The notes beneath the pieces are model-generated. The model did not search any database. It saw nothing but the letters and a program-made list of their open reading frames with translations, and was not told the origin of the DNA. Both the position numbers and the translations under genes were made by a program. This document shows, one piece after another, positions 19,167 to 28,549 of a DNA stretch of 64,000 nt. The DNA is taken from assembly GCA_021739695.1 (NCBI GenBank), contig JAIPBM010000008.1, positions 37,013-101,012 on the forward strand, in the 5' to 3' direction. This DNA is from Flavobacteriales bacterium. GTDB lineage: Bacteria > Bacteroidota > Bacteroidia > UBA10329. Within the stretch, counting starts at the first letter, position 1. Every line of letters starts with the position of its first letter.

Positions 19167-22100
19167 ATGATGAGAACACTTTTATTGACCTTCAGTCTTT
19201 TCCTTTCAAGCAACCTAATCTTCGCCCAAAGCAACATTAACTGGGTCAGTTCGCTTTCCAATGATCAGGGGTTCATAGAGAACAAAGGTCAATTCGATGG
19301 CTTCGCGGAATCAAACTCATCAGAAATACGCTACGCGTTAGACGGTGGAAATTCGATGATTCTATTTACCAACGAAGGATTTACGTTCCGTTTTACCAAA
19401 AAAATAAAGAACAAGAATCGGACAAAAGGAGACGAGACCAAACCAAAATATCTTGAAGAGAAGGAGATTGTTTCTGTCAAGTGGATCGGCATAAACAAGC
19501 AGGCAGCCATTGTTTCTGAGGAAATCCTAAATGATAAACACTTCTATGCTTCAGGTAATATGGAAGTGGGTAGCACGATTGAAAATGTGAATGGTTTTGC
19601 CAAGCTCGTTTACAAGAACGCATACCCAAAGATTGACATTGAATTCACTGTTCATCCTATATCCGGAATCAAGTACGATATAATTCTACATCCAGGAGCG
19701 GATCCATCTCGGATCAAAATGACATACACATCCAAAAGCCAACCTGTAATTGACACTGAAGGAAATGTGATCATCTCTACCGAATTCGGTGACATAATCG
19801 ACCACGCACCTTCGACCTCATACTCTAAGTCTGGCAACAAGATCAACTCGAAATTCAAGTTGGATGGGAACACGGTACGTTTTGAACTTGGCGGTTACAG
19901 TGCCGACCAAGAAGTAGTTATCGATCCATGGGTTCAAACTCCTGCATTTCCGAATTCTGGTGGCATTTGGGACATCGATGTGGACGACCTAGGAAACGTT
20001 TACGTCTATGGAGGCGACACTCCAATGAGACTTCGCAAATATGATGCGCTTGGCAACATTCTTTGGACCTACAACACGCCTTGGGATTCGGCCAATTATT
20101 GGATCGGAACGATGATCACTGAACCGACAACGGGAGACTGCTTCATTACCGCTGGTACTGACCCACGTATTTCACGCATCAGCACTGCTGGTAATTTACT
20201 TTGGACGGCAAGTGGTGGCGCTTTCGATGAGTATTGGAAATTCTCGTTCAACTGCGATTTTACCCGATTGATGCTCGGAGGTACTCGTCTATCGCTTGGC
20301 GGTGGAGTTGGTTTGATTGATGGTTATGGCTACGTGTTTGAAATAAATATGAGCAATGGTGCTCAGATAGGAAACCTCGAAGTTGCAAGTGTCACGCCTG
20401 GCCCTTTAGGGCTGGCCAGCAATCCGAATGAAGTTCGCGCCATGTGTCCTTCTCCTAACGGGAAATACTATTTCATGACCCTTGATTCCATTGGAAGTTT
20501 TGATGATAACCTTGTGTTAGGCTATAAAGACAACCACGGCTACGGATTCTCATATCAAGTGGCAGGTTATGGTGTCACCAATCAAAGCATAAACGCTATG
20601 GTGGCCACCACCGATTATCTGTATACTCAAAATGGTGCTATACTTCACAAAAGAAATATTGTTGATGGGTCCATCATTTCTTCCGTTCCAATTCCAAGCG
20701 GCACAACCAGTTCCCAACTGGGTTTCGCCTCGGCAGAAAATGGCGGATTGGCCATTGATAGCTGTGGAAACCTCTATGCAGGTTCGGGAAACGGTGTTTA
20801 TAAATTCGATGAGAATTTGAATCCATTAGGTTCTCAAACAACTTCGAACCGAGTTTATGACGTTGCAGTAAATCGCGCAGGCGAAGTAGTTGCTTGCGGA
20901 CAAGGATTTGTTGCTTCACTCAACCTTACGCCTTGCGCTCCAGCAAAAGCAATTTGTCTTAATTGTCTTGAACTCTCTCCTTTAGGTCCATATTGCCAAA
21001 CGGATGGACAAGACACCTTGGTTGCTTCAGCACCAGGAATCTGGACTGGCCCAGGCATTATCGATCAAGCACTAGGAATCTTTGATCCTGCGGTTGCAGA
21101 TACAGGGACGCACGTGATTCACTTTGCGCCTGAAATTCCATTTGAATGTGGCATTGATTCTTTGGTGATCGAAGTAAACTATTGTGTCGATCTTCTAGCT
21201 TGCGTCAACCTTGCTGGTGATATTACGGTCTCCGAAGGAACGGCACCTTACACATGGTCTCAGTTGATTGACACTGTGGATTGCAGCACATGTATTGCCT
21301 TTCCAGGTTTTGGACCATGCGATTTCCCTCCTGGTTGTTCGGTTGCTAGTACCATGTGGGTAGAATTCGCCACTGACACAACCATAACTCCAACTGGAAA
21401 CTGGCCGATAATGGTGGAAGATGCAGAAGGAAATGCGTTGGAGATAAACTCGGTTTCAGAACTTCCAGCGTGTGAAAGCGGTTGCTTCCTTTCTGTGAAT
21501 TTGCCACCTCAAGTAATTGCTTGCACCGGTGATAGTGCGATTGCCACCGCTGCTCCCACGGGTGTTATCGGAACTGCACTATTCTCTTGGAATACCGTTC
21601 CAGTGCAAACAACCGCTACTGCGGTTGGCCTTGTTCCAGGAAACTACTACACAGTAACCGTTACTGACGATAGTTCTTGTGTGGCCATCGATTCTGTTTT
21701 CGTTGTAGAACAGGAATGCATTGGCCCAGTGGTCTGTGTCAATCCGTTCAATGATCTGATGGCTGAAGGAATCGCCCCATTTACATGGTTCCAGTTTGTA
21801 AGCTCCACCGATTGTAGCGGATGTTTTGAAGTACCCGGATTCCCACCGTGTTCATTCCCTCCCGGATGTGCAGTGACCATTAACGAATGGCAGCAGTTTG
21901 CAACCGGGGAAATGGCAACGCCAACCGGAAACTGGCCAATAGCAGTTTTGGATGGCGTTGGAGATACCTTATTTATCAATTCACTTTCGGAATTACCTGC
22001 TTGTGCGCAGATATGCTACATTTCGGTTGATGTGCCAGCGCAGGCTTTTGTTTGCAATGGTCAATCCAATGGAGAAGTTACCGCTAACGTTTCGGGCGCG

Positions 22101-23444
22101 TTTGGAACCGTGTCTTATTCATGGAATACTGCACCCGTCCAAACCACAGCCACGGCAACCGGACTTGCTGTCGGCACTTATATAGTAACTGTCACCGATG
22201 ACAACAGTTGTTTAGATAGCGATACAGTAGAAGTTGAAATGTTACCGCAAATTCTGTTGCAATCGTCTGGAACTGATTCTCTTTGCTTAGGCGTAACTGT
22301 TGGCAGCGCTTCTGTAATAGCAACAGGTGGGGCAGGTTCTTATCAGTACTCTTGGAACACTTCGCCTGTTCAAACATCAGCTACGGCCACTGGGCTTGGC
22401 GTTGGTTCTTACACCGTTACAGTGACAGATCTTACTGGTTGCACCTCTATGGAAACATGGTCAATCGAAGAGCGAATTTCCGTTTTAGTTCAAGTGGGTG
22501 CAACAGATGATATTTGCGTTGGATCAACGGATGGAACTGCGACTGCATCTGCTTCAAATGGATCTGGCAACTACACTTATTCATGGAACACAACCCCTGT
22601 TCAAAATGGAGCAACGGCAAGCGGTTTATCTTCAGGAACCTATCAGGTAACTGCAACAGATGTAGATGGTTGTCAAGGAGTTGCTTCTGTTACCATTGGA
22701 ACGCTTCTTGCGGTTGCAGTGGATGCAGGACCAACCACATCAATTTGCTTAGGACAACAGACTGATCTTTTGGCGACTGGTGGCATTTCATATTTATGGA
22801 ATACTGGTGAAACGACCGCATCTATAACCGTGATGCCAACTGAAACCACGCTATACGAGGTTACTGCAACCGACAACAATAATTGCGAAGCAAGTGACAC
22901 GGTTACTGTATTTGTCGTAGCTATTCCGCAAGTAACGATTGTTGAACCCGATTCTCTTGTTTGTGATGTTGAACAGCCATTCCAGCTTGTGGGAAATCCA
23001 ACCGGTGGAACGTTCTCAGGAACTGGAGTGAATTCAGACGGTATGTTTGACCCGATGGCTGCAGGAAACGGAGCACATGTTGTCACTTACACCTTCGGTT
23101 CTGTAGCGAATTGCGATGTAGACACGTCTGTAGTAATTGTAGTTGATGAACATTTGTGCGATGTAATCGCTCCGAATGTTTTCAACCCGAATTCCGATTT
23201 TAGTGGTCAAGCAGATTTCTGTGGGAATGTTCCGCAGAATAACGTTTTCAGCCTTCCTTGTTTAGAATGGTATCCAGGTAATCGTGTCCGGATTTTTGAC
23301 CGTTGGGGAATTAAGCAATATGATCAAATTGACTATCATTTGAAGCCTTGGACAGGCGACAATCAAAGCGATGGCATTTACTACTACATCTTAGAAATAC
23401 AGAACGAAGAAACGATAAAAGGATTCTTCCATTTGATCAGATAG
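19167..23444 (+). CDS. Large secreted protein with N-terminal FIENKGQ domain, beta-propeller, SprB-like repeats and T9SS type B (gliding-motility-associated) CTD
   Basis: GFIENKGQF..YPKIDI..IKYDIILHPGADPS.I..VIDP; YSWNT.PVQT..TATGL..G.Y.VTVTD repeats; APNVFNPN..NN.F..RIFDRWG..DGIYYYIL..KGFFHLIR. Confidence 0.87.
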   Translation: MMRTLLLTFSLFLSSNLIFAQSNINWVSSLSNDQGFIENKGQFDGFAESNSSEIRYALDGGNSMILFTNEGFTFRFTKKIKNKNRTKGDETKPKYLEEKEIVSVKWIGINKQAAIVSEEILNDKHFYASGNMEVGSTIENVNGFAKLVYKNAYPKIDIEFTVHPISGIKYDIILHPGADPSRIKMTYTSKSQPVIDTEGNVIISTEFGDIIDHAPSTSYSKSGNKINSKFKLDGNTVRFELGGYSADQEVVIDPWVQTPAFPNSGGIWDIDVDDLGNVYVYGGDTPMRLRKYDALGNILWTYNTPWDSANYWIGTMITEPTTGDCFITAGTDPRISRISTAGNLLWTASGGAFDEYWKFSFNCDFTRLMLGGTRLSLGGGVGLIDGYGYVFEINMSNGAQIGNLEVASVTPGPLGLASNPNEVRAMCPSPNGKYYFMTLDSIGSFDDNLVLGYKDNHGYGFSYQVAGYGVTNQSINAMVATTDYLYTQNGAILHKRNIVDGSIISSVPIPSGTTSSQLGFASAENGGLAIDSCGNLYAGSGNGVYKFDENLNPLGSQTTSNRVYDVAVNRAGEVVACGQGFVASLNLTPCAPAKAICLNCLELSPLGPYCQTDGQDTLVASAPGIWTGPGIIDQALGIFDPAVADTGTHVIHFAPEIPFECGIDSLVIEVNYCVDLLACVNLAGDITVSEGTAPYTWSQLIDTVDCSTCIAFPGFGPCDFPPGCSVASTMWVEFATDTTITPTGNWPIMVEDAEGNALEINSVSELPACESGCFLSVNLPPQVIACTGDSAIATAAPTGVIGTALFSWNTVPVQTTATAVGLVPGNYYTVTVTDDSSCVAIDSVFVVEQECIGPVVCVNPFNDLMAEGIAPFTWFQFVSSTDCSGCFEVPGFPPCSFPPGCAVTINEWQQFATGEMATPTGNWPIAVLDGVGDTLFINSLSELPACAQICYISVDVPAQAFVCNGQSNGEVTANVSGAFGTVSYSWNTAPVQTTATATGLAVGTYIVTVTDDNSCLDSDTVEVEMLPQILLQSSGTDSLCLGVTVGSASVIATGGAGSYQYSWNTSPVQTSATATGLGVGSYTVTVTDLTGCTSMETWSIEERISVLVQVGATDDICVGSTDGTATASASNGSGNYTYSWNTTPVQNGATASGLSSGTYQVTATDVDGCQGVASVTIGTLLAVAVDAGPTTSICLGQQTDLLATGGISYLWNTGETTASITVMPTETTLYEVTATDNNNCEASDTVTVFVVAIPQVTIVEPDSLVCDVEQPFQLVGNPTGGTFSGTGVNSDGMFDPMAAGNGAHVVTYTFGSVANCDVDTSVVIVVDEHLCDVIAPNVFNPNSDFSGQADFCGNVPQNNVFSLPCLEWYPGNRVRIFDRWGIKQYDQIDYHLKPWTGDNQSDGIYYYILEIQNEETIKGFFHLIR

Positions 23445-23465
23445 ACCATTTGCGTGGTAATTGAG

Positions 23466-23497
23466 AAGTCCCGTTCCTGCGAAGGAGCGGGACTTTT
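23466..23497 (+). terminator. Intrinsic terminator with GCGA tetraloop
   Basis: AAGTCCCGTTCCT-GCGA-AGGAGCGGGACTTTT. Confidence 0.75.
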
Positions 23498-23566
23498 ATG
23501 TTCCTATACAAAAACAGAAAAGCCGCAGCTTTCGCCACGGCCTTCCCCTCTCGCCAACCATAAAAC

Positions 23567-24460
23567 TTACCTCAGCTTGATCTGAACCCTTCCCAAACTC
23601 TTCGCCCCATTGCTCACCTCAAGTGTGTAAGTTCCCTTTTTCAATTTCGATTTCGGCACAAACTCCATTTTCATTCGCTTAGCACTTACCAATTCGCCTT
23701 CAACCATTGTAAGAGATGCAGTAAGTCCTTCATCATTCAGCACTTCCGAAATGCTTGCAATTCCGTCTTTGTCTGTCAATTCCGTTCCTTGTGGATCGAT
23801 CACTTTCAGTTTTAGATTGTTTGTCATGCTAATTGGAAGATCCACTTCCATTTTCAACTCTTTTGTGCGATTGGCCACAACTGTAAGTCGTTGTTTCTTT
23901 TTGCCTTGAACTGCCTCAACCAAAGCATTATTAATGGCTATTTCCTGAAGTGCACTTACATGATTATTCAGCCTTGAATTGACGATGGCAAGATCACTAT
24001 TTTCAATTCTGATCTTACTGTTTTCAGCAGTTAGCTCGTCCAAAGATTTGTTCATCCTGTTCATGTCCTTTTCCATGTCTTTGAGCATTGCTTCCAATTC
24101 GCCCTTTTGTTTTTTCAAAGCATCGACCTGAGAAGCTGTTGACCGAAATCGCTTGTTTTCCCTTTCAACCTTTTCAATTTGCGCCAATTGCACTACAATT
24201 TTTGAGCTGAGACCTTTGTTCTCTTCCCCCATTTTTGCCAAATCTGACTTGAACTGAGCAACCGATTTTTCCAATTGCAACTTTTCACTCACCAATCTTT
24301 CTTGCTGAATGCGGGTGTCTTGAAGCACTTGGTCCAAATCCCAGTTTTTGTTTTGCAAAACGAGCAATCCGCTCAATGCGGCAAAAAACAAAACTGTGGT
24401 TATCAAGGCAACTTTACGAGCGGTTATTCTGCTCTTTGATTTTTGAATTGTGGTTTCCAT
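23567..24460 (-). CDS. Single-TM-anchored long coiled-coil protein with C-terminal beta-sandwich
   Basis: Basic N-terminus, TM (VALITTVLFFAALSGLLVL), about 130-aa heptad region, C-terminal LKVIDPQG..LKKGTYTLEV. Confidence 0.75.
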   Translation of the reverse strand: METTIQKSKSRITARKVALITTVLFFAALSGLLVLQNKNWDLDQVLQDTRIQQERLVSEKLQLEKSVAQFKSDLAKMGEENKGLSSKIVVQLAQIEKVERENKRFRSTASQVDALKKQKGELEAMLKDMEKDMNRMNKSLDELTAENSKIRIENSDLAIVNSRLNNHVSALQEIAINNALVEAVQGKKKQRLTVVANRTKELKMEVDLPISMTNNLKLKVIDPQGTELTDKDGIASISEVLNDEGLTASLTMVEGELVSAKRMKMEFVPKSKLKKGTYTLEVSNGAKSLGRVQIKLR

Positions 24461-24526
24461 TAGTTCTAATTAATTGAGGTTTGTTTTATGTCTCTTTGTT
24501 TGTTGAACCAAAGTTGACACTACCGA

Positions 24527-24565
24527 ATTAGAAGCGAATGAAAGCGGAATTAAATTGCGATTAAA
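24527..24565 (-). promoter_or_regulatory. Four direct repeats at 11-bp period, putative OmpR-family response-regulator binding array
   Basis: ATTAGA (24527), ATGAAA (24538), ATTAAA (24549), ATTAAA (24560), just upstream of a CAACTTTG -7-like element (24509-24516, minus strand). Confidence 0.55.
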
Positions 24566-25934
24566 GCTGTTTGAGTGGAATACTCACAGTAAAAACAGAG
24601 CCTTTTTCAAGTTCACTCAATACGCTGATTGAACCTTTATGAAGATCTGTAATGCGCTTAACCAGCGACAGTCCGATGCCATGACCATCTCGATTCCGAA
24701 TAGCGTTCGATCGAAAGAATGGTTCAAAAATGTGTTTCAGATCAGATTCAGAAATTCCAATTCCATTGTCTGCAAAGGAAAGCTCGATGAATTCGCCACG
24801 GATACCCAACGAAACTTTAACGATATGATCATCCGAATACTTGCAACCGTTTTCCATCATGTTCAACACAAGTGTTTTAAGAAGAATATCACTTCCCGAA
24901 ACTTGAAGCTCTTCGAGGTCGGTAATTGTTTCATCCAATTCCACTTCAACGGAATAAACCGGTTTCATCTTAATAAGGTCTGCACGCGCTTCCCACAGAA
25001 TGTCATCTACACGTACCGATTTGAAATTGGCTTCAGGCGCATCCGTTCCTGTCTGTGCCAACAGCAACAATCGGTTGGCTAGTTTATTGAGTTTATGAAT
25101 GTCTTGTAGCACCGATTCAACAGCCACTTTATATTCATCCTCTGTGCGGTCTTTTAAGAGAATAACTTCAAGCTGCCCCGAAATAGCCGTGAGTGGAGTG
25201 CGCATTTCGTGACTCGCATTTGCAATGAAATTGCGCTGCGAAATGAAGGCAGATTCTAATCTGGCAAGCATGGCATTGAACGAAATGGCGAGTTGTGCAA
25301 TCTCGTCCGAGCCATTTCCTTCATTGGCCCGTTTATCCAAATTACTGATGGAAATGCCTGCAATTTCGGCCACCAACTGTTTGATCGGATTCAGCGCCCG
25401 CTCGGCATAAATTCTTCCAAGAAGAAAAAAGGCGATCATTCCCGAGCCCAGCACGATAGCCAAAACCTGTCCGAGGTTTTGAATTTTCCTCCTTCCATAA
25501 ATATCGATGGCCGAAACGATGACCACAAATCGATCGTAGCGATCGGTAAATAAGAACGCCTCGGTTTCGCGCTTGTCTTTGTTTAGCTGAATGCCGTTTC
25601 CTAACCGAACCTGATTCAGGAAATCCTTTGAAGGCAATTCGATATCCAAACCTTCAGAACTATAGATGAGGCTATCTTTAAAGTTAAAAATCAGAATTTC
25701 CTCCTCGGGTAAGCGAACCGGATTATTGCGTTCAATGATATTCAGAAGATTCTCATCCACTTCTTCTACCTGAATAAGCAGCTTGGCCATGTTCACGCCT
25801 CGACTGATCAGCCGTTGCGAAAATTCATCCTTCCTATAATCAGCAGAAAGGAAATAAATAGCGATGGAAGCGATGCCAAGTACCAGCGATGCTAGTAGTC
25901 CGAATTGAAGCGTAAGCCGATTGCGAAGGCTCAT
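24561..25934 (-). CDS. HAMP-domain sensor histidine kinase (CusS/CzcS-like)
   Basis: Two TMs, HAMP (DEIAQLA.SFN.ML.RL), NASHEMRTPL, NMMENGCKY, DNGIGI, FEPFFR, GHGIGL. Confidence 0.95.
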   Translation of the reverse strand: MSLRNRLTLQFGLLASLVLGIASIAIYFLSADYRKDEFSQRLISRGVNMAKLLIQVEEVDENLLNIIERNNPVRLPEEEILIFNFKDSLIYSSEGLDIELPSKDFLNQVRLGNGIQLNKDKRETEAFLFTDRYDRFVVIVSAIDIYGRRKIQNLGQVLAIVLGSGMIAFFLLGRIYAERALNPIKQLVAEIAGISISNLDKRANEGNGSDEIAQLAISFNAMLARLESAFISQRNFIANASHEMRTPLTAISGQLEVILLKDRTEDEYKVAVESVLQDIHKLNKLANRLLLLAQTGTDAPEANFKSVRVDDILWEARADLIKMKPVYSVEVELDETITDLEELQVSGSDILLKTLVLNMMENGCKYSDDHIVKVSLGIRGEFIELSFADNGIGISESDLKHIFEPFFRSNAIRNRDGHGIGLSLVKRITDLHKGSISVLSELEKGSVFTVSIPLKQL

Positions 25935-25937
25935 TTG

Positions 25938-26612
25938 CTATGCTTGCAACACGTATCCGTGACCAATACGTGTTTGAATGAGTTTGGTGTCAAAATCCTT
26001 ATCCACTTTCTTGCGAAGCAAGTTCATATACACATCCACCACGTTCGTTCCTGTATCGAAATGAATGTCCCAAACATTGTCTGAAATCTGCACGCGCGAA
26101 ACGACCCGTTCCCGATTCCGCATAAGGTATTCGAGCAACGAGAATTCCTTGGCTGTCAGCGAAATTGATTTCCCACTTCGCACAGCCTGTTTCTTCTCAA
26201 GATCCAATTCAAGATCGTGGTAAACTAGTTTGTGATTCACCTCTGTAGCGCCAGAATTCCTTCTACTCAATGAACGAATTCGAGCAAGCAGTTCTTTAAA
26301 CTCAAATGGCTTGACGAGATAGTCGTCTGCGCCAGCATCCAAGCCATTTACTTTATCTTCAGTTGTTCCTAAGGCAGTGAGCATTAGAATTGGAACCGTG
26401 ATACCTTGCTTGCGTACTTCCTTGCAAAGTTCCATTCCGTTCATTCCAGGAATGATCACATCAAAGATCATCAGGTCGAACAATTCTTTGGTTGCAAACC
26501 GAAGTCCAAGTTGCCCATCGTAGGCCAATTTCACTTCATGGCCACTTTCTTCAAGTCCTTGAACAATGAATGCAGCAACCTTCGGTTCGTCTTCTACAAC
26601 AAGAATTCTCAT
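25938..26612 (-). CDS. OmpR-family response regulator (CusR/CzcR-like)
   Basis: ILVVEDE, DVIIPG, GADDYLVKPF, TNVVDVY..LRKKVD..IQTRIGHGY. Confidence 0.95.
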   Translation of the reverse strand: MRILVVEDEPKVAAFIVQGLEESGHEVKLAYDGQLGLRFATKELFDLMIFDVIIPGMNGMELCKEVRKQGITVPILMLTALGTTEDKVNGLDAGADDYLVKPFEFKELLARIRSLSRRNSGATEVNHKLVYHDLELDLEKKQAVRSGKSISLTAKEFSLLEYLMRNRERVVSRVQISDNVWDIHFDTGTNVVDVYMNLLRKKVDKDFDTKLIQTRIGHGYVLQA

Positions 26613-26697
26613 AGTGTAATATAAGACTGCAAAATTACTTTCTCAGATTTTGGCCGAATGAAATTTCCATTAAGATCGGGTTTACAGCCAGTAAGAC

Positions 26698-26727
26698 AAA
26701 AAAAGCCCCGCCATTTCAGGCGGGGCT
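26698..26727 (-). terminator. Intrinsic terminator after the GldL/GldM-like fusion gene
   Basis: AAAAAAAGCCCCGCC-ATTTCA-GGCGGGGCT. Confidence 0.75.
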
Positions 26728-26741
26728 CGGTTTTCCCAGCC

Positions 26742-28019
26742 TCAACTTGGCGGGTTTGAGGCCTCGGGCCGACTTATCTTTGATAGCAATACTTGGTTTT
26801 CCATCTGTCGGATCTCCAATTGCCAGTTCGTAATGTTTGTAATGACAGTGAATAGCGGAGTGTATTCGAATTGATGCAGCCCCCAACTCTGTGGTTGACC
26901 TTGTGCATCTGAAAAACTTCCGTCTGTCCGCAGTCCCAGATTATCGTCCATCAACGAGCGAAGTTCTGGTGGATATTGATGAAGTACCGCAGTGCGATAA
27001 TGGGCGAACATATCTTCAAGCTCGCTGGCGCTGAACCGTCCGTTGTTCGGAGCATCATCTGGCCCCAACAATAGATCGTGAGATATGGCCATGTCGTGTT
27101 TCTTGTCCATTTGATAGATATCAGAAATCTTCAGTTGCAAGGGATCGGCTTGAGCAGCCCAAGCAATCAGTTCCTTCTTCATTCCTTCGAGATGATTGAC
27201 CAATTGGTCAGATTCATCTTTTAAGTTGGCAAGATCAGCTGGAGACGTTTTGGTATAGAGTTGCGCGTTCAGAGCGGTCAATTGCTGCGTTTGCTCCGTC
27301 AGATTTTCATTCGACACCATCACTCCATGTTCATAATAGATGCTGTTTCCTGTTTTCATCAGAGCTAGGATCAGAATAAGGCATGCGACTGCTATCATGG
27401 ATGATGAAAGCGTAACAGGCCTGTTGGCTGATGTCTGGTAGCGCTTAAAGAAATACACCGGCACGTAGCCAAAGGCAAGCACGCACATTCCACTAAGCAG
27501 TATTACAGCAGCACCCGGCCAATGCAGTATTTTAAATAGCACACCAACGGTTGTTATTGCCAATCCGAGGAATCCAAGAATGTGGAGCAATGCCTCATCC
27601 TTTGGTGATTCTTTCAGCTTGTGGGTCAATATCAATGGAAGATAGACCAGCGCGAGAAAAGCCGCACCGAGCAATACCATGATGTTGGCCCCAGGCCAAT
27701 GCATCAGTTTAAAAATCGTCCCCGCCAAGAGAAGAAATGTAGAAGTCAGCCCGAAACCAAACGTTACTTTTTTCATGATTGCGTTCATTTCGGTTAATAA
27801 TTTGAATGTTTCGGTTTGGACCTGTTTTAAACCTCCAGGCCCGAAAAGGTTGATTGTATATTGAAAGGCTTCCTCAAACGATTTGCCTTGTTGTAGTTGG
27901 GTTTCAATACTTGTGCAGAGATGATCCAAGAGGTTTTCCTGCAATTCGCTCTGCGCAACACCATTTTCTTTGATGTACGCATCTATCAGTTCCACCTGAA
28001 GTTCCGTTAGCTCAACCAT
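26742..28019 (-). CDS. Membrane protein: PadR-partner (HAAS/permease-prefix-like) N-terminal domain + 2x GldL-N-like hairpins + GldM-N-like TM/D1 domain
   Basis: ELQENLLDHLC..IE..GKSFEEA..FG; GTIFKLMHWPGA and GVLFKILHWPGA; LILALM..NENL..N.QLY..SDQLV..LE.MKKEL..W..HQF...PL..VITN.T.WQ.EI...E.QVL. Confidence 0.72.
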   Translation of the reverse strand: MVELTELQVELIDAYIKENGVAQSELQENLLDHLCTSIETQLQQGKSFEEAFQYTINLFGPGGLKQVQTETFKLLTEMNAIMKKVTFGFGLTSTFLLLAGTIFKLMHWPGANIMVLLGAAFLALVYLPLILTHKLKESPKDEALLHILGFLGLAITTVGVLFKILHWPGAAVILLSGMCVLAFGYVPVYFFKRYQTSANRPVTLSSSMIAVACLILILALMKTGNSIYYEHGVMVSNENLTEQTQQLTALNAQLYTKTSPADLANLKDESDQLVNHLEGMKKELIAWAAQADPLQLKISDIYQMDKKHDMAISHDLLLGPDDAPNNGRFSASELEDMFAHYRTAVLHQYPPELRSLMDDNLGLRTDGSFSDAQGQPQSWGLHQFEYTPLFTVITNITNWQLEIRQMENQVLLSKISRPEASNPPS

Positions 28020-28363
28020 TGCAGTTCAGGATTTGGGTTGAAACTGTTCAGCAACGAATTCATCGTTTCGGAGAATTTGCGGAATTCCTCCACTTTATCG
28101 TTTGCTTGCTTGTTACCGTTCTCTGTAAGCCGATAATATTTTCGCACACGTTTACCGATGCTCACCTTCTCAGTAGTAAGAAAACCTTCCGCCTCCAATT
28201 TATGAAGCGTAGGATACAAGGCTCCTTCTGTGAGTTGGATTTCGCCAGCGGTTTTATCCTTGACGTGTTGCGTAATCTCGTACCCATACATCCTTTCGTT
28301 CTCGGCCAATAGGCTCAGAACGATGGTCTGCAGGGTTCCTTTTAATAGCTCTTGCGAATACAT
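28007..28363 (-). CDS. PadR family transcriptional regulator
   Basis: ELLKGTLQTIVL.LL..MYGYEI..EGALYPTLHKLE.EG..RKYYRLTENG; overlaps the next gene by 13 nt. Confidence 0.95.
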   Translation of the reverse strand: MYSQELLKGTLQTIVLSLLAENERMYGYEITQHVKDKTAGEIQLTEGALYPTLHKLEAEGFLTTEKVSIGKRVRKYYRLTENGNKQANDKVEEFRKFSETMNSLLNSFNPNPELQWLS

Positions 28364-28372
28364 AGGACAATG

Positions 28373-28408
28373 ATACATAATTTTCTTAGGTATAAGCGTC
28401 TTATGTAT
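28373..28408. promoter_or_regulatory. Putative PadR autoregulatory operator
   Basis: ATACATAA..TTATGTAT perfect 8-bp inverted repeat plus internal TACATAA-N5-TTAGGTA, 10 nt before the padR start. Confidence 0.55.
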
Positions 28409-28549
28409 TAACTTTTTTCAACAAGAATTATTGCATGAACAGTTATTTGAGTTCAAAATCAGGATGAAACCAGCTGAATAAACTCAGAAGATTTCTTCAA
28501 CAATTGTCAAAACGTGAATATGAGTTGGGTTATTCTCCCTCTAAACTAC

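Noticed and set aside
26742-28019. Canonical gldL or gldM gene
   Set aside because: No gldK/gldN context, no GldL cytoplasmic coiled coil, no TM2 Glu and no GldM D2-D4, so no gene symbol was assigned.
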